Origin: Octopus sinensis
Lineage: Eukaryota
NCBI RefSeq assembly: GCF_006345805.1
Contig: NC_043003.1
Span: 38,316,001-38,380,000, forward strand
Reading direction: 5' to 3'
DNA: 64,000 nucleotides
Shown here: piece after piece, positions 11,583 through 24,998 of the stretch
How positions within the stretch are numbered: position 1 is the first letter of the stretch
Layout of the letters: the number at the start of each line of letters is the position of its first letter
The notes under the pieces: generated by a model
The model's database searches: none
The model's input: only the letters and a program-made list of their open reading frames with translations
Told to the model about the DNA's origin: nothing
Translations under genes and position numbers: made by a program

Positions 11583-14500
11583 TATATATATATATACACA
11601 CACATATATATATGTATGTATGTATGTATGTGTGTATATGTGTATGCATGTATGTGTGTTGTGTGCGTGTCTGTGCTTGTGATTGTCCTCCACCACTGCT
11701 TGACAACGAATGTTGGTTTGTTTACATCCCTGTCACCTAGTGGTTTGACAAAGGAAACAGATAGAATAAGTACAATGCTTACAAAAATAAAACTGGAGTT
11801 GATTCATTAAACTACAATTCTTCAAGGCATTGCCCCAGCATGGCCACAGACCAATGGCTGGAAAAAGCAGAAGAATAAAAGAATACATTCTCTGCTTTGG
11901 TCTTATGTTCAAGGCATGAGAAAGCTTGAGTTTACATGAGAAGGCCTAACAGACCTGGTAGAAACAGCAGCCAAATCTCCCTCAAATCACACCTTACTGT
12001 CTTATGTATGTATATATATATGAGCCAATGAGGGGGACCTCTACATGGTAGCTAGACCTGGTAGAAATAGCAGCCAAATTTCCCCTAAATCACACCTTAC
12101 TGTCTTATCTATGTATATATGTATGTATGAGCCTATGAGGGAGACCCCTACATGGCAGCTAGACATGGTAGAAATAGCCGCCAAATCTCCCTCAAATCAC
12201 ACCTTACTGTCTTATCTTTCTGCCACTTGGATATAGGTCTTATATTCGTCGTAAAAAACTTTCCTGTCACACACTCACGCACACGCACACACACAAACAC
12301 AGACGCACCCTCACACACACACACACGCGCACACACACACACACACTCACACACACGCACGTTAGCTTACAATTTTATTTATATATTTGCGTGTCTATGT
12401 GTGGAAAGAGGAAGTGGGAGGCAGAGTGAAAGAATCACTCACTACAGTAAGTGAATTAGTTCCATTTTATTCGTTGCCCACTGTGTGTGTGCGTTTGCGT
12501 GTGGTGTAAACCAGACTAAGAAAAGCATTTGACACACACACCAGAATGTGAGTTTTCTGTAAATTTTGCTTAATTGGAGTTTAAATTTTGAAAACTGGAC
12601 CTGGCATGACGCGATGCATTGTACTCTTAAAAATGCTAGGTAAATTGTAATTGAAGAAATCCTATATTGTAGATTTCTATAACTCCCAAAGGGAGGCAGA
12701 TAAAATCTGCCTTTTATAATAAGAGATATATACCGCTTGGATCGCTTTCAATGCCACTACGTCCCGTCCGATTCGCTCCAAAATTTACAGGGACATGTAG
12801 AAATAGGTGACGAAGCTCGTGAGCTACCTTAGAAATCCATATCTTAAAAGGTGTGGTTGCTAGGGGCCATCTTCCTCACTCACGCTATTTCCTCCAGTAC
12901 CCTCTCACTCCCCTTTATTTATAACTTTGATAGATCCACTACCGTTATTTAAAATATCTGTCACTCTCGCTATTTCCTCTCTTTTTCACTCACTCTGTTT
13001 CTTACCTTCCCATTACATCGGCGTTCTTTTACGTATCTGTCTGTCACCAACAACACACGAACATGAGAACAAATATTATGAATCAGATATTCTTGCGTTC
13101 ATTTATATGTATGTGTGTGTGTGTGTTCTATATATAAATATGTATATATAATGTATGTGTGTGTGTGTTGTGTGTGTTCTATATATGAATATGTATATAT
13201 AATGTATGTGTGTGTGTGTGTTCTATATATAAATATGTATATATAATGTATGTGTGTGTGTGTGTTCTATATATAAATATGTATATATAATGTATATATA
13301 CAAAGTGTATATATCTGTAGTTATGTATATTAAACTTTCTCATACTTTTTCATAGTTATATATATTTTAAAACAAATTATAAATATAATTTAATAATTTT
13401 TATTTTCAATTTAATTTAAATTTTTCAATTTTATATTTTCTATATTATATTTTTTTTTAATGTTTTTGTTTTTGGTTTTTCACTGTTTGATTTGCCTAAA
13501 AATTCCATTTTTCACTTTTATGATTATACCCAGAGTGCTCTAATCGAATATGACCTGTCTTCCCATTGGCGGACGTTTGTCTTTTTTATTTTTGAAACGA
13601 ACACATTGCCTCTTTCATTTTAAAACAATAAAACAATACTACCTTAATACATTGGTCCAACAAACAAAACATCACCCACTCTCATTCTTTTATGTATCTG
13701 AGAATGTGTGTCTGTCTGTCTGTGTGTTTCCCTAAAACTTGAGAGAATACACAACCAATTTCATTCAAATTTTACACATGACTTACTTAGGGTATAAGGA
13801 GTGTGTTGAGCTGGGCTCTGGGCGCCATTGGGCTTACTGTCCACGGCTACGAGACCACAGTGAGCGCTATGCGACCAGAGCTCGCTCTGGGCGCCATTGG
13901 GCTCACTGTCCACGGCTACGAGACCACAGTGAGCGCTATGGCGACCAGAGCTCGCTCTGGTCGCCACAGCTTCACGAGGGAGGGAAGAAGGGGGAGAGAA
14001 GCAACAAGGTGCAGGCGTGAGCATGGACGCCAACTCCGCCGCCATCGACACACGAAAAAATATGCGTTAAAATGGAAAAAAATGATGTTAAATTATTTTC
14101 AAAATCGTAGACTCATCGTAGACGCGCGCTAATACCCAGAAGGGCTCGATATGAATCACGACTATAAGATACCCGAATTTGGTTAAACTGCACCGCAAAA
14201 TGTGGGAGTAGTGAGTAGTTAGGAATTAAATCGTAGGAGACAGACACTCACAAACTACAGTTTTATATATATAGATATGTATATATAATGTATGGTGTGT
14301 TCTATATATAAATATGTATATATAATGTATGTGTGTGTGTGTGTGTTCTATATATAAATATGTATATATAATGTATATATACAAAGTGTATATATCTTTA
14401 TTTATGTATATTAAACTTTTTCATACTTTTTCATAGTTATATATATTTTTAAACAAATTATAATATAATTAATAATTTTTATTTTCAATTTAAATAATTT

Positions 14501-15742
14501 AAATTTTTCAATTTTATATTTTATATTTTCTATATTATATTTTTTTAATGTTTTTGTTTTGGTTTTTCACTGTTTGATTTGCCTAAAAATTCCATTTTCA
14601 CTTTTATGATTATACCCAGAGTGCTCTAATCGAATATGACCTGTCTTCCATTGGCGGACGTTTGTCTTTTTTATTTTTGAAACGAACACATTGCCTCTTT
14701 CATTTTAAAACAATAAAACAATACTACCTTAATACATTGGTCCAACAAACAAAACATCACCCACTCTCATTCTTTTATGTATCTGAGAATGTGTGTCTGT
14801 CTGTCTGTGTGTTTCCCTAAAACTTGAGAACTACACAACCAATTTCATTCAAATTTTACACATGACTTACTTAGGGTATAAGGAGTGTGTTGAGCTGGGC
14901 TCTGGGCGCCATTGGGCTTACTGTCCACGGCTACGAGACCACAGTGAGCGCTATGGCGACCAGAGCTCGCTCTGGGCGCCATTGGGCTCACTGTCCACGG
15001 CTACGAGACCACAGTGAGCGCTATGGCGACCAGAGCTCGCTCTGGTCGCCACAGCTTCACGAGGGAGGGAAGAAGGGGGAGAAGCAACACAGGTGCAGGC
15101 GTGAGCATGGACGCCAACTCCGCCGCCATCGACACACGAAAAAATATGCGTTAAAATGGAAAAAAATGATGTTAAATTATTTTCAAAATCGTAGACTCAT
15201 CGTAGACGCGCGCTAATACCCAGAAGGGCTCGATATGAATCACGACTATAAGATACCCGAATTTGGTTAAACTGCACCGCAAAATGTGGGAGTAGTTAGG
15301 AATCTAAATCGTAGGAGACAGACACTCACACAACTACAGTTTTATATATATAGATATGTATATATAATGTATGTGTGTGTTCTATATATAAATATGTATA
15401 TATAATGTATGTGTGTGTGTGGTGTTCTATATATAAATATGTATATATAATGTATATATACAAAGTGTATATATCTTTATTTATGTATATTAAACTTTTT
15501 CATACTTTTTCATAGTTATATATATTTTTAAACAAATTATAAATATAATTTAATAATTTTTATTTTCAATTTAAATAATTTAAATTTTTCAATTTTATAT
15601 TTTATATATTTTCTATATTATATTTTTTTAATGTTTTTGTGTTTGGTTTTTCACTGTTTGATTTGCCTATTAGTGGTTTTATCTCTAATTTAATTTATAC
15701 AGATATATATCTCATTTGTATACATTTGTATATATAATGCGT

Positions 15743-15787
<45 letters not shown>

Positions 15788-15791
15788 ACAC

Positions 15792-15862
<71 letters not shown>

Positions 15863-16758
15863 TGTGTGCATTACGTAGTCGGTCGATTCAGCTGAAAATA
15901 TGCATACCTATGTTAAAAGTGCTAGCAAGTTTGCATGACAACTATTTTTTTCTTGAAATGAAAGGCGTCACCTCTAGGACAAAATTCCTCATCTTATAAA
16001 ATGTGGCCCCAGTAGACCCGAATGAAATCGGGTTATGTTAACCAAAATGTGAAAAGGGGTCTAAATGGGGCTGGAATGGGATTAAATTAAAGGAGCGGGT
16101 GTTTAGGAATTCTCTGTTACATCAAGCTAAAAAATTTGCGCCAGCCTTTTAATCGTCAATGTGTTGCCGTCCATGATAAAGAGTCCATGATAAAGAGTCC
16201 ATGATAAAGAGTCCATGGTGAGTCTACTGTCGTGAGAAAGAATCACTTCAAAACTTGGTGTTTACGAATTTTATTTTACATCAAGTTGAAAATTTTACGC
16301 CAGTCGTTAAACTGTCACTACGTTGCTGTCCGTCGTTAAGAAATGCCAGCCATGGTGACTCTACTATCCTCAGATTCTATCCCTTCAAACTTTGGTTTCC
16401 AATATTTTATTATTTTTCTTCAGCTCGCAAGCCCGTCTGTCCCTTTTAAATGTTAGCATTTTGCTGTCTGCCTTGAAGCAGACTTTTCCATTATCACTGC
16501 CTCATATTCTGATTGATCTTTCTAAAATTTTATTTCTCAACTTACTCAAGATCTTCTGTTGTTTATAAATGGGAGAGAGATAGATAAAGATAGGGAGTAA
16601 GAGAAACCGAGGAAGAGTCCGAGAGATAAGAAAACTAAGAGAGTGGGAAAGTGAGAGAAGGAGAGAGAGAGAAACAAATACGGAGAATCATCATCATCAT
16701 CATCGTTTAACGTCCGTTTTCCGTGCTAGCAAGGGTGGACAGTGTATACATTGTATAC

Positions 16759-16832
<74 letters not shown>

Positions 16833-18197
16833 ATATATAAAACACCCTAATGGGAGCCTTAAATCCCAAATTTTAGTAATTTCTTTTATGATCCAAAACT
16901 TGGTCAAAAGTACTGAATGGATCTTTATGAAATTTGGAAATTATATTCTATGCATAAGGGCCATAACACCCATGACAATTCATATATTTTTGCTGTTGAT
17001 GAAATTTTAACCATAGACATTAGACACAAATGAAGTAATATCTATAAAATTTCATCTTACAAAGTTAGAAAGACCCCTCCATGGGGACTTAACAACTACA
17101 ATTTTGTCATTTATCTAAGCAAAAATGAATACAGTTGTGCTCTTGGAAGCTGTAGGGTTACCCGAGCATAAAAGATGAGCATTATTTGTAATTCAATGGT
17201 ACAACAGTGTAACAGTTTGCTTTGACATACACACTGCATAAATTGTCAAGTAAATGAGAGGCATCTTTGCCTCCACTGATTCAGTTGCAAAGTGTAGAGT
17301 AAAATTTATTTGATTGCAGACCTCCTTTCAGTCTTTTTATTATCACTCGGTCACACATAGTCCCCAGATGGTAACATTGATTTCAAGGCCTTCCCAGATG
17401 AGTGACTGGTTATTCGAAGACATTTATAGATTTTAAATTTATTCTGTCCAGTTACGTATCAGTATAGTGGTCATTTGCAAACTACAGAGGTGACACTTTC
17501 ATTTCTCCTTAGCTCTCACGTCAAACAGTTGTTAACGTTGATTTCAGTTGGGTCACGCCCTTCCAATTGCTATAGATTTGTAATGCATCTTACGGCTGTG
17601 CCTGTCACCTGGATGGTGAGGAATCCTACATTAGGAGTGGTAACGACTAGGGTAGGGTAACTGACTGCTTATTGTGATCATTCGTCTTTTGGTTTCCTGT
17701 AGCTTTGCTCTCTTTTACAAACCCAGTGAACATATTTCTATTTCAAAGAAATTCAAACAATAGATATAAGACCCAAGTTAAAAAGATTTTCAACAATTCA
17801 ACTTCTCTGGTTGACATTAAGATGCCCCCCCAACAGGGGCCTTAACTCTCACATTTTAGAGCTCCATGACCTTCATTTTTCAGGAACAAAATCATTTTAA
17901 CAAGTTAAATAAGACTGGAATTTTGGAATATGCGCATAAAAATCAGGATTATGGGATACATGTGGCACGATTACAATTTTTTAGGGTGTGTAAAGATTGA
18001 AATAACCCTCATCTGCAATTTTGATGAAATTCGAAACATAGATATTCCAGTTCATCACAGAAGATATAACAGAAAAGTCTAATTCTCCAATTGAATGTAA
18101 TCGGGTAACGCCGGGTATCTCTGCTAGTTATATATAAATATAAAAAAGTAAAAGATATGCAATAAATATAATATGTATATAAAAGTAAAAATGTACA

Positions 18198-18262
<65 letters not shown>

Positions 18263-18550
18263 TTTATTTTCTTTCTTTTATTCTTTTACTTGTTTCGACC
18301 CGAACACTTCTTTAAAGTAATTCTATATATTCGCAAGAAAGAACAATAATATTATGTATATACATGCCACCATCGGGGGGACAAACACAAACACACACAC
18401 AGTTTCCGTCTACCAAATTCACTCACAAGGCTTTGGTTGGCCTGAGGCTCTAGTAGAAGACCAAGGCGTCGCGTAATGGGGCTGAACCCAGAACCATGCA
18501 GTTGGTAAGCAGGCTACTTACCACACAGCCACTCATGCATATGTATGTGT

Positions 18551-18591
<41 letters not shown>

Positions 18592-19762
18592 TGTGTGTCT
18601 GTGTGTAGTTTGACAAGTGTCAATGAACGAAACTCTCGCCCCCCGAGTCACTCTGTTGCTTCTGCTAAATATTGATAAACACATATATGACAAGCTTTTT
18701 CAGATTCCGTCAACCAAATCTACTCACAAGGGTTTAGTCGACCCAGCGCTATAGTAGAAACACCCGCTCAAAGTGCCACGCAGCTGGACTGAACCCGGAA
18801 CAGCTTACAACACAGTCACGCCTGCTTCTATTCACATATATACATGATATATATTTCTTTTGCTACCCACAAGGGGCTAAACATAGAGGGGACAAACAAG
18901 GACAGACAAACGGATTAAGTCGATTACATCGACCCAGTGCGAAACTGGTACTTTATTTATCGACCCCGAGAGGATGAAAGGCAAAGTCGACCTCGGCGGA
19001 ATTTGAACTCAGAACGTAGACGAAATACTGCTAAGCATTTCGCCCGGCGTGCTAACGCTTCTGCCAGCTCGCCGCCTCTTGCATATAAATCTATGTGCGT
19101 ATATAGACACAGTTATACATACACATACCTAGTCATGGATGGCTACACACACTAACACACACGTACACATACACATGCAAGTAGTCACACGAGTGTACAC
19201 ACAACCACACACATACGCACGCACACACACACACACACAGACACACTCGCACGCACGCACATAATCTCCTTTCCTCTCACCCTTATTCTTCTAAGCAAAC
19301 ACACATCCACACACACATAGAAAGGCATGCATGCACGCAGACATAAGATTAATTCGCGGCCAAATTTCAGGGCAGACGTTGAAGAGAAAGGACAAGCTAT
19401 TGAAAAGGTCGCGAAAAATAGCGACGAACGGACTTTCACGAAGAAATAAAACTTTGATTGTTTAACCAAACAAACGATCGATTACGAAGTTGGTCAGATG
19501 TGTAACCATATCGTTATTGGCATAATGACCCTCCCAAGAATCAACAAGATGTATGTGTGTATACGTGTGTGAGTGTGTGTGCGTATGTGTATATATGTAT
19601 GTGTGTGTGTATATGTATGTGTGTGTGTGTGGCAAAAACAGACCGATAGAATAAGTACTAGGCTTACAAAGAATAATCCCTAGAGTCGATTTGCTCGACT
19701 AAAGGCAGTGCTCCAGCATGGCCAAAGTCAAATGACTGTAACAAATAAAAGAATAAAAGAGT

Positions 19763-19810
<48 letters not shown>

Positions 19811-19811
<1 letters not shown>

Positions 19812-20210
19812 TAGCAGTGTGCCCGGCGTTGCTCGGGTTTGTAAGGGAAATAACTATATAAGCATTTTTAGAGATGTAAAGTATAATAGCCATCTCAATA
19901 TGGCTAACCACAAAGGGGGAGTGTTACTGTACGTAGCTTTTTACATTCTGAGATTTAATAATACATTTTTAGAGAGTTACTTCCCTTATATAAACCGAGC
20001 GAAAATGCATTAAAAATGCGGAAAAAATTATGGTAATTTTTTTTAAAATCGTAAACTCATCGTAGACGTGCGCTAATACCCAGAAGGGCTCGATATCAAT
20101 CACGACTATAAGATACCCGGTTTTGGTTAAACTGCACCGCAAAATGAGGGAGTAGTTAGGAATCTAAATCGTAGGAGACAGACACACAACTTCACTTTTA
20201 TATATAAAGA
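19811..20210 (-). mobile_element. Non-autonomous Helitron (duplicate of 11186-11582)
   Basis: Near-identical to 11186-11582. Confidence 0.88.
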
Positions 20211-20378
20211 TATATAATATACACACACATACACATATATATACAGTATATAATATATATATATATATATATAATATACATATATACAGTGTATATATAT
20301 ATATAAAATTTGAGGGAATATTATACATAACTTACAGGGAAAAATTCAATTTAGAAATACTAATTCAAATTTCACGAA

Positions 20379-20456
<78 letters not shown>

Positions 20457-21030
20457 GAAAAAACCCCTTTTATCAATTCAAAATGAACAATTAAATTACA
20501 CCATCTAGAAAATTACATATAATAGAAATATTAAATATAAAATAATAATATACCGATGATTAAGTAATGTGCAAAATAATAAATAAATCGTATATATCAT
20601 GAATTGATAAAAGGTGTTTTTTTCTAATTTATATATATATATATACAGTCTTTTATGTTGCTTGACCATTAATACCTGCTATATCTCTCTCTCTTGCTGC
20701 CTTCGAAACACACTGCCACACATACATAGACGCACATACACATACATGAAAGCAATTTCTCACACTCAAACACTCTAGCACTCATTCTTAAAATAATTCA
20801 AATATAAACACCAGTCATACAGAATACATTCACACTCTTTGATTTTCCTGTACCCCCCTTCTCCTAACCGGATTCTGACCTTGAACTATCTTAACGGACA
20901 TTCTCGTCTGCTTTCACCCAGCCTGGCGTCAACGCATATAGATAGACAGTTTGTGCCATTTATTCCATGGGCTCCTCGTGAGCGTTGTGAAAAGCTTGCT
21001 GTGCATTTTGTTGGAGAATTAAGTTCCTGG

Positions 21031-21116
21031 ATTTTCCTGAAGAGAAGGCTGCAAAATGGACTCCTTATTCAATCCGAATTAGGGACTTTGCAGCCTTTGA
21101 AACATATGTAGAAAAT
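21031..21116 (+). ncRNA. Type I hammerhead ribozyme motif with extended stem II
   Basis: Stem I ATTTTC/GAAAAT (6 bp). Core CTGAAGA at 21037-43. Stem II GAAGGCTGCAAA/TTTGCAGCCTTT (12 bp) plus an inner hairpin. GAAA at 21099-102. Palindromic stem III ACATATGT. Cleavage triplet GTA, cut after 21110. Confidence 0.85.
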
Positions 21117-21169
21117 AATAAAAGGAATTTTGTTAAATCTTCGTTTCTTCCTACACTAAATATATATAT

Positions 21170-21212
<43 letters not shown>

Positions 21213-21380
21213 ACAAAATTAGAAAATGGAGAAACATACTTAAATCAATAAAACATCAACTATCAGATGATACCTAATCAATACTTTATTACACCATTAC
21301 ATATCAGTAAAGGATTATACAAAATATATAGTAAATATAAATAGACAAGGAAATAGAATATAAAAATATAATGTAATTAA

Positions 21381-21500
21381 TCATATCTGACAGCTGTTTC
21401 GGCAGTAAGGGCAGTCATACCTCATTTAACCTATAAGCCATAAAGGCAGGTATAAATGAGGCATTAACAAGGATGCCCCACGGCCTCTTCAGAGAATTTA
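21381..21500 (-). ncRNA. Type I hammerhead ribozyme motif with about 85-nt stem II hairpin
   Basis: Minus strand reads TCT-CTGAAGA (21492-86)-GGC...GCC-GAAA (21400-397)-CAGCTGTC-AGA. Stem III palindrome ACAGCTGT, GTC triplet. Stem II includes ATGCCTCATTTA/TAAATGAGGTAT. Stem I is short (3 bp, or 5 bp with a bulge). Confidence 0.75.
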
Positions 21501-21790
21501 AATTGTTATAATTGTGAAAAAAATTATTTTTCCATATACATATAAATATAAAAATATAAAAATGTAAAATATAAAAACTTGTGCATAAACTCCATAATGC
21601 TACACATATATAATACTCATTGATACAATAATGCAAGGTAAACAAAACAAAATAAAACAAAATATATATCAGTGTATATATTAATATTAATAAGCACAGT
21701 TATTTTACATATTTGGCTAATAGTTCTAAAAACTAACACATATTGGATATATGTTATCCCATGGTGGGTTGAATTTTTCAACCCCTATCT

Positions 21791-21840
<50 letters not shown>

Positions 21841-21905
21841 CATTACACATGTGAGTGAGAACACTTTGAGATATTTTTGGTATCTAACATATGTCAGATA
21901 CTGCG

Positions 21906-22003
21906 AGCGCTGCTTCTGATTGGTCAATCCATGGTGATGACCCGAGGTCACGGTGACAGCGCTGCTTCTGATTGGTCAATCCATGGTGATGACCCGACGT
22001 CAC
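21906..22003. promoter_or_regulatory. Two 52-bp tandem units, each with a reverse CCAAT box (CTGATTGGTC); the second ends in CRE-like GACGTCA
   Basis: Motifs seen directly. No transcription evidence, and probably TE-borne. Confidence 0.35.
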
Positions 22004-22722
22004 TACTTTTGTCATTCATAAGTTACAACTAAACGTGAAGAATTTAGTTATTGGGTTAATAAAATATGGTCGTTTATTCGTGCGTAATAAATAAAATACC
22101 AAACTCATTCCCTATGTATACCGTATTTATTACAACTCGTTTACAAGCCACTCGTTGTAATAAATACGGTATCCATAGGGAACTCGTTTGGTATTCTCTA
22201 TATATATTCAGTCAAACTAATGCACCTGCTTGTTATTCCTGCACCTGTCTTCGTCTTTTGTTGTTTTCTGTAAATATATCCTTTTATATATGTGTGCTGC
22301 AAGATTCTTGATGTGAAACCGTGCGTTGAAACAGATATTGTTGTATTTCGAGATAGTTATTTTTCCCCCTCTTTTTGCCAAATAAACAGGCGCACTATAT
22401 AATTCCCTTTTCACTCATTTATTACTGTTCTTATTCTAATTTATGTTTATCGTCCGGAAATCTTTCGTCACACCTCTGTGAACTCTTCAGCGACACTTTC
22501 TGTCTTCGTGTGTACTCTTGCTCCGCTTTTATACATATACACACATACGCGAGTAAATATACGGGTAAAACCCTTGTGGTATGCTATATAAAGCTCGTAT
22601 AAAGTCTTACTCAAAGAAGGTGCATTTCACACCTTGAATTGGTGATAATGATTACACAACATCTCACCAATGAACAAGTGTAAAAATGTGTCGAAACAAT
22701 TGTAATGTTTATAGATAATGTC

Positions 22723-22777
<55 letters not shown>

Positions 22778-23391
22778 TGTATGTATGTGTGTATGTATAT
22801 ACTTACATATATATGTATATACATATGCATATATGGGTTCAGGACGTCACAGAAGGTAAACAACAGGAAATACGAAATACGAAAATATGGAATACGAACT
22901 TTTTTGCGAACTGCGAAAGAAACAATAGTATCGATAATGCCCGAAATTGCGTTTGACTCCTCTTGCTGATAACTGATGAAGAATTTGTGACCTTGTGTGT
23001 TTTCTGTTCGCCTGTGCATTTAGTATGTGTTCGTTTGTTTATTTACAATACGTTTATTTTTAATTATATATATATAGATATGTCATATTTTCCGTTTGTT
23101 GTCTTTTTATTTAATCCTGAAGATATTATTTATGTAACGCACGCACTCATTAATCTTTTACCTATATATATGTGTGCGTGTGTATGTGTGTGTGTGAGTG
23201 TGTGTGTGTGTGTGCGCGTGTGTGTGTGTAGTTCAAATTTACAGAAAACAAACGACGAAGACAGGTGAAAGAACAACAAACAGAGTTTGAAGGTTTTTTA
23301 GTTATAGAAATCAACCCCAGGACTTACTCTTGGAACCCTAGCACTTATTCTATCGGTTTCTTTTTCCAAAACGCTAAGCTACGGGGACGTG

Positions 23392-23495
<104 letters not shown>

Positions 23496-23939
23496 CGTAG
23501 GAGTGACTGTGTGACAAGAAGTTTGCTGCCTGGTCACTAGGTCAAATAGATTTGGACGATGGAAACTGAAAAAAGCCCGTCGTATATACGTGTTGTGGGC
23601 CGGAGGGGGCTAGCTTCGTGCTTGTCCCAGACAACCGCTTGTTGACTTCCTTTCCATCCCCGCAACTTAGAAGTTCGTCGAAATTAACCGATAGAATATG
23701 TCGAATGACTGAGACAAGTAAATGTTTTTTTTAGATATATCGTAGTAATATCTAATGTAGTTGTGGTTTACGACCAGTCAGGACGTTACCATTGGTTTCA
23801 CACTTTTTATACTCTTAGCAATATAGACGTCTCCCACGGCTAAGAACGTAAAAGGCGCGAAAGCAAAGGTGACTCCCTGACCGGCCATACCAGTCACATA
23901 GTTTCGGGTTCATTCACACTGCGTGGCACCTTAGAACCT

Positions 23940-24100
23940 AGGGTTGGATTCAAAATTCTACCAGGACACCTGATGAAGGCTGGAGAGTAAATCAACCGAA
24001 ATTTTGTGGTAGCAACAAACAAGATGAGGACAAATATCCGTCCAATGTAAAAAATGTAAATATTGTACAGAATTCCTCATCTCTAAAATATAGAACAATT
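23940..24100 (+). mobile_element. Penelope-like LTR fragment with decayed minimal hammerhead (23965-24010)
   Basis: gacac-CTGATGA-A-GGCTG...CAACC-GAAA-tttt-gtggt. Same family as 55058-55240 on the opposite strand. Confidence 0.55.
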
Positions 24101-24602
24101 TATGATTGTTTCAAAAATTCCATGTTGACTTAATCTTGCATCGTGTTTTTAAACGACTCCACAATTAATGATGTAGTCATATCCGTTGTACAGATACCCC
24201 GTTCATAGAAATGATCCCTCGCAACTCTCTACAAAAAATAATATGCTGAAGTGTTTGTCTATCGCTTAAATATAGGACATTAATCAATGTTTATAGTGGA
24301 CGGCACAGCGGTCACGTTTATAAACATGATTGAAGATAAGTCAAAATGAATTTGTAGAAATAATTGTAAACTATGAAACAAAAATAATAACGCAAACTCC
24401 ACTTTTCAGTGCTTATTACTTCTGTAAACCCCTCAGAGGAAACATGACTCCTCCTTCACTCCTCTCCACCCTTCATTTATGATTTGAGAATAATTCTATA
24501 ATTGTTGTAAACTGGAATGGAACTTACTCTCTTTCTGCTCACATCCATTCACCATTTAATGCTACTTGCTTTGCATCTTTTAGAGAGATAGATTAGATAT
24601 AA

Positions 24603-24998
24603 CTAGCAGTATCGCCCGGCGTTGCTCGGGTTTGTAAGGGAAATAACTATATAAGCATTTTTAGAGAGTTATAGCCAAAAAATAGCAAAAAAATGCATTA
24701 AAATGGAAAAAAAATGATGGTAAATTTTTTTTTAAATCGTTGACTCATCGTAGACATTTTTAGAGAGTTACTTCCCTTATATAATATCGAAAAAATGCAT
24801 TAAAATGGAAAAAATGATGGTAAATTTTTTTTTAAATCGTAGACTCATCGTAGACGCGCGCTAATACCCAGAAGGGCTCGATATGAATCACGACTATAAG
24901 ATACCCGGTTTTGGTTAAACTGCACCGCAAAATGTGGGAGTAGTTAAGAATCTAAATCGTAGGAGACAGACACACAACCTCTCTTTTATATATAAAGA
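24603..24998 (-). mobile_element. Non-autonomous Helitron with internal duplication
   Basis: TC...CTAG termini. The gcattaaaatggaaaaaaatgatggtaaatttt block occurs twice. Confidence 0.85.

Larger units (their letters stand above)
4012..20225. repeat. Direct tandem segmental duplication: unit A about 4012-11595, unit B about 11596-20225
   Basis: Colinear near-identity, with duplicated ORFs 7603/16255, 8818/17475 and 10307/18937. Unit B has an extra 1.1-kb subunit. Confidence 0.95.
20640..21660. mobile_element. Two convergent hammerhead-bearing LTR-like segments (Penelope/retrozyme-like) joined by (TA)n at about 21160-21210
   Basis: Hammerheads on opposite strands, and both downstream tails end in the same TA tract. 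The family label is inferred from known PLE hammerheads. Confidence 0.55.
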
